From: an uncultured Bacillales bacterium
GTDB lineage: Bacteria > Bacillota_I > Bacilli_A > RFN20 > CAG-449
DNA: 55,627 bases
NCBI GenBank assembly: GCA_945929875.1
Contig: CAMEOO010000004.1
Span: 1 to 55,627 of the forward strand
Direction of reading: 5' to 3'
Below, one piece after another: positions 38,801-47,256 of the stretch. Position numbers and translations under genes: made by a program. Within the stretch, counting starts at the first letter, position 1; each line of letters opens with the position of its first letter. The notes under the pieces are model-generated. The model was not told where the DNA came from and searched no databases. It saw only the letters and a list, made by a program, of their open reading frames with translations.

Positions 38801-40105
38801 ATGAACAAAATTGGAAAGGCTACTCTTATCCTTTTTCTATTAACTTGTTGCTCTTGCTATAGGAAGCTACCTTCTTCTAGCTCTTCTTTTTCTAGTGAAA
38901 GTGAATCTACTACCAGCGAAACTAATAGTCAGGATAGTCTTAGTCAATCAAGTAGTTTGATAGGCTCAAGCGAACAATTATCTACTTCTTCTAGTAGCAA
39001 TACTTCTAGTAGCATTTCTAGTAATAACTCTTCAAGTGATAATCCATCAAGTGAAGCCATTACTAGTTCATCTAGTGAAGTAATCTCAAGTGAATCTAGT
39101 AGTGAGGATTATTCTAGTATATCTTCAAGTGATGACTCTTCAAGCATCTCATCAAGTGAAGAAATATCAAGTGTAGATTCAAGTGAAAATACCTCAAGTG
39201 ATAATTCAAGTGAAGATTATTCGAGTGAATCATCTAGTGAGATCATCTCTAGTAGTGAAGAATCATCTAGTGAAGATCCTATTAAAGAAGATATGAGCTT
39301 TATCGACTATATAAGTGATGGTACATATGATGAAATTAATGATGATAATGGAGGAATAGACAAATCTGATTTATCCAAATTAATTGAATACTTTAATAAT
39401 TTCAATGCTTCATCTTATGTTGTTGATTCAAAAAATTATTTGTCAAGTCAAGCGATTTCAAAATATAATCAAATATACAAAAAAGAGTATACTTCTAACG
39501 TTAGAGCGATTGTTTCTAATCAATATAGGTATTTCTTTAATCAAGATCTAACGATAAATGATGCGTTTGTTGATTATCAAAATAACATTGCTTATACAAA
39601 ACTAATTGGTGAAGAAATAAAAGATAAGTTGAATTCAAATATTGATAATAGCAATCTAAGCATTTACTTAGAAAATAATAGCTGTAATGAACATTTCTTT
39701 TCTCTAGAAGATATTAATTCTTCATATATCGATCAATATGGACCTTATCAAGAGGAAATAAATTCTTCTCTATCTATCACTTATCAAGGATGGGAAAAAG
39801 TCAGTGAAAATAAATATCGATGCGATCGAAAAGAAGTGATAAATGATTTCTTAGGACTAATTTCATATGATTATCAAAATGATGGCTTATTTATGACTTA
39901 TGATCATTTAACTCTTGAATTAAATGTATCTGAAGAGATTTCTTTAAGAATCAGAGTATATGCTAGTTCAACTCAAAGTGGAAAATTAATTTCTTCTCAT
40001 ATAAATGAAGAATATACCAATTGGTACTTACTTGCACACGAAGCGATAATTTATAACTTAAATAATGCATATGTAAATGCAATAGAAGATTTTTTAAATA
40101 GATAG
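38801..40105 (+). CDS. Ser-rich lipoprotein of unknown function
   Basis: Lipoprotein-type signal ending LLTCCSC, about 135-aa Ser/Glu-rich stalk, about 270-aa unassigned globular domain. Confidence 0.82.
   Translation: MNKIGKATLILFLLTCCSCYRKLPSSSSSFSSESESTTSETNSQDSLSQSSSLIGSSEQLSTSSSSNTSSSISSNNSSSDNPSSEAITSSSSEVISSESSSEDYSSISSSDDSSSISSSEEISSVDSSENTSSDNSSEDYSSESSSEIISSSEESSSEDPIKEDMSFIDYISDGTYDEINDDNGGIDKSDLSKLIEYFNNFNASSYVVDSKNYLSSQAISKYNQIYKKEYTSNVRAIVSNQYRYFFNQDLTINDAFVDYQNNIAYTKLIGEEIKDKLNSNIDNSNLSIYLENNSCNEHFFSLEDINSSYIDQYGPYQEEINSSLSITYQGWEKVSENKYRCDRKEVINDFLGLISYDYQNDGLFMTYDHLTLELNVSEEISLRIRVYASSTQSGKLISSHINEEYTNWYLLAHEAIIYNLNNAYVNAIEDFLNR
39031..39280 (+). repeat. Degenerate TCAAGTGA/TCTAGTGA tandem repeats encoding SSE/SSD units
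   Basis: More than ten copies of TC(A/T)AGTG at irregular 12-21 nt spacing. Confidence 0.75.
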
Positions 40106-40116
40106 GATCGAGATAT

Positions 40117-40572
40117 ATGAATAAATTTATGAAAATAGCAATTAAAGAAGCTCAAAAAGGAATTAGAAATAATGAAGGAGGCCCTTTTGGAAGCGTTATA
40201 GTAAAAGATGGAAAAGTTCTTTCAAAGGCGCATAATCAAGTTTTATTAAAACACGATGCTACTTGCCATGGAGAAATGCAAGCGATTAGAAAAGCTTCAA
40301 AGAGATTAAAATCTTTCAATCTTGAAGAATGTGAAATATATACTACCGGTGAACCTTGCCCTATGTGCTTAGGGGCGATTTTATGGTCTAATATAAAAAA
40401 AGTGTATTATGGATGCAATATTGTCGATACGGAAGAAATTGGTTTTAGAGACAATAAATTTTATAATTTAACCAAAGAAGAAAAAGCTTCTTTCATTAAT
40501 GAACTTGATCGAGAAGAATGCTTAAAACTTTATGAGGAATATAAAAACATTGAAGATAAAAAAGAATATTAA
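40117..40572 (+). CDS. guaD: Nucleoside/guanine deaminase (cytidine deaminase fold)
   Basis: GGPFG, HGEMQAIR, EPCPMCLGAI. Confidence 0.85.
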   Translation: MNKFMKIAIKEAQKGIRNNEGGPFGSVIVKDGKVLSKAHNQVLLKHDATCHGEMQAIRKASKRLKSFNLEECEIYTTGEPCPMCLGAILWSNIKKVYYGCNIVDTEEIGFRDNKFYNLTKEEKASFINELDREECLKLYEEYKNIEDKKEY

Positions 40573-40592
40573 TTCTTTTTGTAGGTGAAAAA

Positions 40593-41606
40593 ATGAAAGA
40601 GATTAACTATTTACAAGAAAATGGGAAAATTAGTTTAGTCGCTCCAAGTTTTGGTTGTACCACTGAGCCATATGAAACTAGGCTAAAAGAAGCAATAGAA
40701 AATTTGAAGCAAGATGGCTTTGAGGTTTCTGAAGGCATTAATATTTTTGCTTCTAAACATAAGATTAGAAGTAATACCGCGAGAAAATGCGCACAAGAAT
40801 TTATGGATGCTTATAGAAGTGACTCCGATGCGATTATCTCTGTTGGGGGAGGAGAAATAATGTGTGAAATCCTTCCTTACATCAATTTTAAAGAGTTAGA
40901 AAAATTACCACATAAATTCTTCATGGGATTTTCTGATAACACTAATTTGACATATACTCTAGCAACTATTTCTCACATCCCTTCAATTTATGGCCCTTGT
41001 GCTGGTTCATTTGCCTTTAAGCCATATAAATATTCAGTTAAAGATAGCTTAGATTTATTGATGGGTAAAACAAAAGATACTTATGGTTATCCTGTTTGGG
41101 AAAGATATAAAATTAAAAGCGATGATCCTTTCAATGTTGGAAATTATACAGAAAAGAAAGTTTTACGGGTATACCCTAATTCGAAAGTAGAAATAAAAGG
41201 AAGATTACTTGGAGGATGTTTAGATTGCTTAGTAACTTTATGTGGAACTAAGTTTGATAAGACTAAAGAATTTATAGAAGAATATAAAGAAGATGGCTTC
41301 ATTTGGTTTTTAGAGGCTTGCGATTTAAGTCCTGTTGGAATTCAAAGAGCACTATTTCAATTAAGGCAAGCTGGATGGTTTAAATATTGTAAAGGCTTCA
41401 TTATTGGTAGACCCCTTTGCTTTCGAAAAAAAATGTTTGGAATCACCCATTATCGAGCAATAAAAGAAGCCTTGCACGGATTAAACGTTCCATTAATCTT
41501 AGATGCTGATTTAGGACATTTTGATCCATCTATGCCGATAATTACTGGAGTTAATGCTTCAGTTGAAGTAAAAGATAATAACATTCATATTCACTATGAA
41601 GGATAA
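40593..41606 (+). CDS. S66 peptidase (LD-carboxypeptidase/MccF-like)
   Basis: LVAPS, GFSDNT (Ser), GRLLGGC, FLE (Glu), DLGH (His). Confidence 0.9.
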   Translation: MKEINYLQENGKISLVAPSFGCTTEPYETRLKEAIENLKQDGFEVSEGINIFASKHKIRSNTARKCAQEFMDAYRSDSDAIISVGGGEIMCEILPYINFKELEKLPHKFFMGFSDNTNLTYTLATISHIPSIYGPCAGSFAFKPYKYSVKDSLDLLMGKTKDTYGYPVWERYKIKSDDPFNVGNYTEKKVLRVYPNSKVEIKGRLLGGCLDCLVTLCGTKFDKTKEFIEEYKEDGFIWFLEACDLSPVGIQRALFQLRQAGWFKYCKGFIIGRPLCFRKKMFGITHYRAIKEALHGLNVPLILDADLGHFDPSMPIITGVNASVEVKDNNIHIHYEG

Positions 41607-41617
41607 GGAGTAAAGAT

Positions 41618-42253
41618 ATGGCAAATAATATTTCTTCAAACACAAAAAATCGTTTACCTTTTTATTTAGAGTATTTAAGAAAGATTTATACTGAAGGTCA
41701 AGTTAACATCTCTTCTGGAGCAATCGCTCAAGCGTTAAATTTAGGTGAAGTTCAAGTTAGAAAAGATTTAGCATCCGTTTCTTCAAACGGGAAGCCAAAA
41801 GTAGGCTACGAGATTGTTAATTTAATTAAAGATTTAGAAGATTATTTAGGATATAAAGATACTGATGATGCAGTAGTCTTTGGCGCTGGAAAACTTGGGA
41901 TGGCTTTACTTGACTATCAAGGATTTCTTGAATGCGGATTAAACCTTGTTGGGGCTTTTGATGTTGATAAGAAAAAACATGGTGTATCTGAATCAGGGAA
42001 AATAATTGAAGGAAATGAATATTTTCCATCATTTAATAAAGACAATAAGGTCAAAATCGGTATTCTTTGCGTACCAGAAAATAACGCGCAAGAAGTATGT
42101 GACTTCATGATTCAAAATGGGATTAAAGCAATTTTAAATTTTGCACCTATTCATTTGAATGTTCCAAAAGATATTATCGTAAAGAATGAAAATCTAGCTT
42201 ATTCTTTAGCCCTTCTTTCAATTGAACTAAAGTCTAAAGAAAAAAATAAATAA
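41618..42253 (+). CDS. rex: Redox-sensing transcriptional repressor Rex
   Basis: RLPFY, QVRKDL, GKPKVGY, GAGKLG, ILNFAP. Confidence 0.95.
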   Translation: MANNISSNTKNRLPFYLEYLRKIYTEGQVNISSGAIAQALNLGEVQVRKDLASVSSNGKPKVGYEIVNLIKDLEDYLGYKDTDDAVVFGAGKLGMALLDYQGFLECGLNLVGAFDVDKKKHGVSESGKIIEGNEYFPSFNKDNKVKIGILCVPENNAQEVCDFMIQNGIKAILNFAPIHLNVPKDIIVKNENLAYSLALLSIELKSKEKNK

Positions 42254-42275
42254 AAGCGTAATTTCTTACGCTTTT
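42252..42275. terminator. Bidirectional terminator between rex and the convergent DUF308 gene
   Basis: AAAAGCGTAA-TTTC-TTACGCTTTT. Confidence 0.75.
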
Positions 42276-42316
42276 ATTTATTATAGGATTTCGCTAAATA
42301 AGATTAATAATTTTTA

Positions 42317-42910
42317 TTATTTTTCATCGTGTTCTTGATAGGTTACATCTATGATGTCATCACTTCGATCAACTGTTTTATTGATTTTATCGATTGTTTT
42401 ATCTAGATTCCATATGGAAAATAAACTAAAGATATCAAATAAGCAGTTTAATAAGACTGCACTTCCAATTAAATAGCCAATAATGTTTTGACCATCTAAA
42501 ACTAATAAAACTATTGAGAAAACAATCATTAATCCACCTAAAACGATATTAACTAACCAATATTTGTTAAAGCTTTTATTAATTATATTTGTGGTTATTT
42601 TTGTTAATCCACGGATCAAGATAAAAAAAGATACAAAAACTGGGATTAATGAAGATACAAAATTATTAAAAATCATCATCAATACCCCAAAAATAATCAT
42701 TAAAATACTAAATGCAAAGCTAGAATATAAAGGTAACCTCATTCTAATAGTATAGACTAAACTAATGATTCCAATTCCACAGACGATCCCTCCAAAAACG
42801 TAGATGATAAAGTTTTGGAAACTAGTAGGGAATATCAAAAATAGAACTCCAATTAGAAGCTCAATAAATATTTGTATAAGTAAACTTTTCTTTTGACTTT
42901 TTATATCCAT
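42317..42910 (-). CDS. DUF308/HdeD-like membrane protein
   Basis: Six short TM helices with IGVLFLIFP, GIGIISL, IFGVLMM patterns. Confidence 0.7.
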   Translation of the reverse strand: MDIKSQKKSLLIQIFIELLIGVLFLIFPTSFQNFIIYVFGGIVCGIGIISLVYTIRMRLPLYSSFAFSILMIIFGVLMMIFNNFVSSLIPVFVSFFILIRGLTKITTNIINKSFNKYWLVNIVLGGLMIVFSIVLLVLDGQNIIGYLIGSAVLLNCLFDIFSLFSIWNLDKTIDKINKTVDRSDDIIDVTYQEHDEK

Positions 42911-43094
42911 ATTAATAATTTAAAACAATATAATAATTGCTTCTCCTTTCATTTATTATATTTTATAGTATTTGATTTTTTAATGAAACTAATATTATCT
43001 TTTTTGATTATTATTTTTATTAAAAAATAAATTATTCTAACGCTTTTATTTTTTTAAAGTGTATACTAAATGTAAGGAAAAAAAGAAAGAGAAA

Positions 43095-44120
43095 ATGATT
43101 AATTTAAAAAATGATTATTGCTATATCGCTCATCATAAAATATTAGAAAAAATGATGGCCTTAGAAAATGAAGCTAATCCTGGATATGGTGAGGATAAGC
43201 ATAGTGAAAATGCCAAAAGAATAATTTTAAAATTAGTTGATAATCCTAATAGTGATGTCCATTTCCTTGTCGGTGGAACCATTACAAATAAGGTGTTTAT
43301 TTCTCATGTACTAAAGCCTTATGAAGCAGTTATCTCATGCGATTCAGGCCACATAAACGTTCATGAAACAGGAACCATAGAAGAATCAGGACATAAAATA
43401 CTATTAGTACCTAATAAAGAAGGAAAAATCAAAATCGATTCTTTAAAAGAAGTTCTATCTAAACATACTGATTGCCACATGGTTAAACCTAAACTTGTAT
43501 ATATTTCAAATCCTAGCGAGTATGGCACGATTTATTCTCTTAAAGAACTAGAGGAACTTTCTTCTTTTTGTAAAGAAAATCATTTGTTTTTTTACGTTGA
43601 TGGGGCAAGGCTTGCTAGTGCCTTAACATGTGATCAAAATGATATTTCTTTAAAAGATTTAGGGCGATTGACGGATGCTTTTTATATCGGTGGAACTAAA
43701 AATGGAGCGGTCCTATCAGAAGCGCTAGTAATTAATAATCCTTCATTAAATGAAGAATTTAGATATTCGATTAAACATTTTGGAGGAATGTATGCAAAAG
43801 GCTTCGTCGCGGGAATTCAATTTGAAACTTTATTTGAAGAAGATTTGTTTTTCTCCATTGCAAAAAAGCAAAATGAATTAGCTAAAGAATTGACAAATGG
43901 GCTAAAAGAATTAAACGTTAAATTATTTGTAGAAAGCCCAACAAATCAAGTGTTTTGCATTTTTAAAGAAATAGAAGCAAAAAGAATTATGAATAAAGTC
44001 GATTGCGAAATATTTGAAAAGCAAAAAGACTTTGTCGTCTTACGTTTTGTGGTTAATTATTTAAATACTAATATTGATATAGATGAGACTTTAAAGGTGG
44101 TTAAAGATTCGTTGATTTAG
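43095..44120 (+). CDS. ltaE: Low-specificity L-threonine aldolase
   Basis: NDY, GYGED, HINVHETG, DGARL, YIGGTKNG (PLP Lys), SPTNQVF. Confidence 0.92.
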   Translation: MINLKNDYCYIAHHKILEKMMALENEANPGYGEDKHSENAKRIILKLVDNPNSDVHFLVGGTITNKVFISHVLKPYEAVISCDSGHINVHETGTIEESGHKILLVPNKEGKIKIDSLKEVLSKHTDCHMVKPKLVYISNPSEYGTIYSLKELEELSSFCKENHLFFYVDGARLASALTCDQNDISLKDLGRLTDAFYIGGTKNGAVLSEALVINNPSLNEEFRYSIKHFGGMYAKGFVAGIQFETLFEEDLFFSIAKKQNELAKELTNGLKELNVKLFVESPTNQVFCIFKEIEAKRIMNKVDCEIFEKQKDFVVLRFVVNYLNTNIDIDETLKVVKDSLI

Positions 44121-44137
44121 TTTAAAAGGAAGATAGT

Positions 44138-45928
44138 ATGGATTCTACTAAAAAAGAAAAAAATAGTTTTAAAAAAGATAAATGGTTATTTTCTTTTGGG
44201 GCGGTAGGCCACGATATGGTCTATTCCTTAGTCGTCTCATACCTTTTAACTTACATTCAATTCGGATTTAGATTATCAGTCCCTCAATATTTAATTATTT
44301 CATTTGCAATTGGAGTCTTAGGAAGAATTTGGGACGCGATAACTGATCCGATAATGGGATGGCTAATTCAAAAATGCAATTTTAAAAGTGGGAAGTATAG
44401 ATTTTGGATTTTACTAGGTGCAGTTTTAACTGGTATGCTTACCGTATTTTTGTTTAATGCAAATTTTGAAGGTTGGACCTTTGTAATCTATATTGTAGCG
44501 ATGAATCTACTATGGGAAACGGCTTATACAATTAATGATATTAGCTACTGGGCGATGTTTCCTTCTATTAGTAGCGATTCTAAAGAAAGAAATATAATTT
44601 CTACGTTGACTTTATTTTTTGCCGGAGTCGGAGGAGGAATTATTCAAGGTCTAGTTACGATCTTTCAAACAGGAAATATATTAGAAACTTATTCAGCATT
44701 AAGTATAATTTCAGCAATTGCGATAATATTAACTCAAGGTATAACCGCTTTGTTTGTTAAAGAAAAGAATAGAAATTTTGACGAAAAGGAAGAAAAAATT
44801 ACTATTGGAGGAATGCTTAAAACCATCTTCGGAAACAAGCAATTATTAATTGTTGCTTTAGCCCTTGGCTTATATGTAATTGGAAATGGAGTTTTTGTTT
44901 CTTTATTATACAACATTTATTACATCGAGTTAGGTTATGATGGTCAAATTGTCATCGTTTTAGTGGTTTTTGCAATATTTTCTACTTTGGTTCAATTCCT
45001 CTACCCGTTATTAACCAAAAAAATGTCTAGAAAGAAGATATTGACGATATCTAGTTTTTGTTCTATAACAGGATACTTTTTATTTTTAATTATCGGTTGG
45101 AATAAAGTATTGCCATTCAATTTAATTACTATTTGTATTTCCGGTTTTTTAATATATACTGGCAATGGATTAGTCAACCTCATCACCATTATTCAAATCA
45201 CTAATTGCGTAGAGTATAATGAATATTTAACAGGCCACCGCAATGAGGCAATCATCTCTACCGTGAGGCCTTTTGTAACAAAAATGTCTACAGCGATTAA
45301 ATATGGCTTGACTAGTTTGATATTAATTGTTTCTGGAGTTTTCTCTTTAAGCCAGAATATTTCAAATTTAGAGGTTCAAAAGAATTATTTCTCAAAGATC
45401 ACTGAATATAATCAATTATCAAAATTTGAAGTCCAAAAAATATATCTTACGGCGATTCAATATTATTCTGAGAGATTAAATAGCATCGAAGATGAAGAAG
45501 AATATGAAAATGAGATAGATTTAATTAATAATGAGTTGCTCTCCGATGAATTACTTGCTTCATTTAAGTTAGAAGGGGAAACCATTCAGTCTAGCTCGAC
45601 TCTTTATGTATTAGAAAATGGAAAAGTGATGAGTCAGATCATTAACCTCGATATAAGTTCTATGAAAGAAGAAAACTCTTACTCTTTATCAATAAGTGGA
45701 TATTATACCGATGAAAATGGAAAAAAAGTGAAATATAATGTGGGAGATTTGTGTTTTAAAGATATTTCCACAAATAAGGAAAGAATTGCCTTAAGGTCTC
45801 TTTCTACGATTGTGCCAATGGTTTGCATCGGACTAAATTGGCTAATTCAATTTAAATATTACAAAATTGATGAAGAATACTATGAAAAGATTTTAAAAGA
45901 GATCAATAGTAGAAATAAATTGGTCTAA
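44138..45928 (+). CDS. Glycoside-pentoside-hexuronide (MelB-like) MFS symporter with large loop insertion
   Basis: RIWDAITDPIMG, GKYRFWIL, YTINDISYW, VEYNEYLTGHRNEA; 596 aa. Confidence 0.88.
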   Translation: MDSTKKEKNSFKKDKWLFSFGAVGHDMVYSLVVSYLLTYIQFGFRLSVPQYLIISFAIGVLGRIWDAITDPIMGWLIQKCNFKSGKYRFWILLGAVLTGMLTVFLFNANFEGWTFVIYIVAMNLLWETAYTINDISYWAMFPSISSDSKERNIISTLTLFFAGVGGGIIQGLVTIFQTGNILETYSALSIISAIAIILTQGITALFVKEKNRNFDEKEEKITIGGMLKTIFGNKQLLIVALALGLYVIGNGVFVSLLYNIYYIELGYDGQIVIVLVVFAIFSTLVQFLYPLLTKKMSRKKILTISSFCSITGYFLFLIIGWNKVLPFNLITICISGFLIYTGNGLVNLITIIQITNCVEYNEYLTGHRNEAIISTVRPFVTKMSTAIKYGLTSLILIVSGVFSLSQNISNLEVQKNYFSKITEYNQLSKFEVQKIYLTAIQYYSERLNSIEDEEEYENEIDLINNELLSDELLASFKLEGETIQSSSTLYVLENGKVMSQIINLDISSMKEENSYSLSISGYYTDENGKKVKYNVGDLCFKDISTNKERIALRSLSTIVPMVCIGLNWLIQFKYYKIDEEYYEKILKEINSRNKLV

Positions 45929-46018
45929 ATAATTTGTTTTTATTTATTATTAATAAATAAGAGATTATGATAATATATAAGTCAGCCAATTAACATCAGT
46001 TAATATTTTGGAGGTATT

Positions 46019-47248
46019 ATGAAAAAAGATCTATTAAAAAAATATGCCAAATTGCTTGTAGTCAAAGGGGTTAACATCCAAAAAAATCAAGAGCTTACCC
46101 TGATTGCTTCTATCTCTCAAGCTCCTCTTGTAAATGAAATAGTAAAAGAAGCTTATCTTCATGGAGCTAAAAAGGTAAATGTTGAGTGGCAAAGTCAAGA
46201 TTTAGATAAACTAAATTTCAAATATCAATCGGTAAAAACTTTATCGACATTAGAAAAATGGGAAAAAGAAAAACTACAGCATCGAGTGGATGTATTACCT
46301 GCAAGACTTTATATTGAAAGTGATGATCCTGATGGAATGAAGGGGATCAATCCTAAAAAATTAGCGGAAGTGAATAAAAATAGATACCCTCAAATAATGC
46401 CATATAGAAATCAAGTAGAAGATAAAGAACAATGGTGTATTGCCGGGGCACCAAGCGTCAAGTGGGCTAAAAAAGTATTCCCAAATTTAACAAAAGCTAA
46501 AGCAGTTGAAAGTTTATGGGATGCAATATTTAAAACTTCAAAAGTTGATGAAAATGATCCTCTTGAAAATTGGGATAAACATAACAAGTTTCTTTCTGAT
46601 AAATGCGATTACCTAAATTCATTACACTTAACTAGATTAATATATAAATCAAGTAATGGAACCGATTTTTCAGTTGGACTAATCGATGAAGGAATTTTTG
46701 AAGGGGGATGTGAAAAAACTAAAGGAAGCAACATTATCTTCAATCCAAATATTCCTTCAGAAGAAATCTTTACTTCTCCAAAAAAAGGGGAAGCAGAAGG
46801 AATAGTTTATTCAACTAAACCTCTTTCCTATCAAGGTCAACTAATAGAAGATTTTTCTATTAGATTTGAAAAAGGAAAAGTTGTGGAAGTTCACGCGAAA
46901 AAGAACGAAGAATTATTAAAGGAAATGGTCAACCTTGATGAAGGGGCTAGTTATCTTGGTGAAGTAGCTCTAATTTCTTTTGACTCACCAATTAATAATA
47001 CTGGCATTCTATTTTACAATACTCTCTACGATGAAAATGCATCTTGCCATTTAGCTTTAGGTAGAGGATTTGCTACTTGTATTAAAAATTTTGAAAAATA
47101 CACAAAAGAAGAACTTGACAATCTTGGAATCAACGATTCGATGGTTCACACCGACTTTATGATTGGAAGTAAAGATTTACAAATTGTAGGAATTACCAAA
47201 GAAGGAAAGGAAGTCCAAATCTTTAAAAATGGCAATTGGGCTTTTTAG
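46019..47248 (+). CDS. M29 aminopeptidase (AmpS/PepS type)
   Basis: GVNIQKNQ, PNIPSEEIFTSP, LGEVAL, DENASCHLALG, SMVHTDFMIG. Confidence 0.94.
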   Translation: MKKDLLKKYAKLLVVKGVNIQKNQELTLIASISQAPLVNEIVKEAYLHGAKKVNVEWQSQDLDKLNFKYQSVKTLSTLEKWEKEKLQHRVDVLPARLYIESDDPDGMKGINPKKLAEVNKNRYPQIMPYRNQVEDKEQWCIAGAPSVKWAKKVFPNLTKAKAVESLWDAIFKTSKVDENDPLENWDKHNKFLSDKCDYLNSLHLTRLIYKSSNGTDFSVGLIDEGIFEGGCEKTKGSNIIFNPNIPSEEIFTSPKKGEAEGIVYSTKPLSYQGQLIEDFSIRFEKGKVVEVHAKKNEELLKEMVNLDEGASYLGEVALISFDSPINNTGILFYNTLYDENASCHLALGRGFATCIKNFEKYTKEELDNLGINDSMVHTDFMIGSKDLQIVGITKEGKEVQIFKNGNWAF

Positions 47249-47256
47249 AAGATTAA

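Noticed and set aside
39031-39280. CRISPR array or VNTR contingency locus
   Set aside because: Repeats are short, degenerate, in frame and encode Ser-rich protein; no spacers or cas genes.
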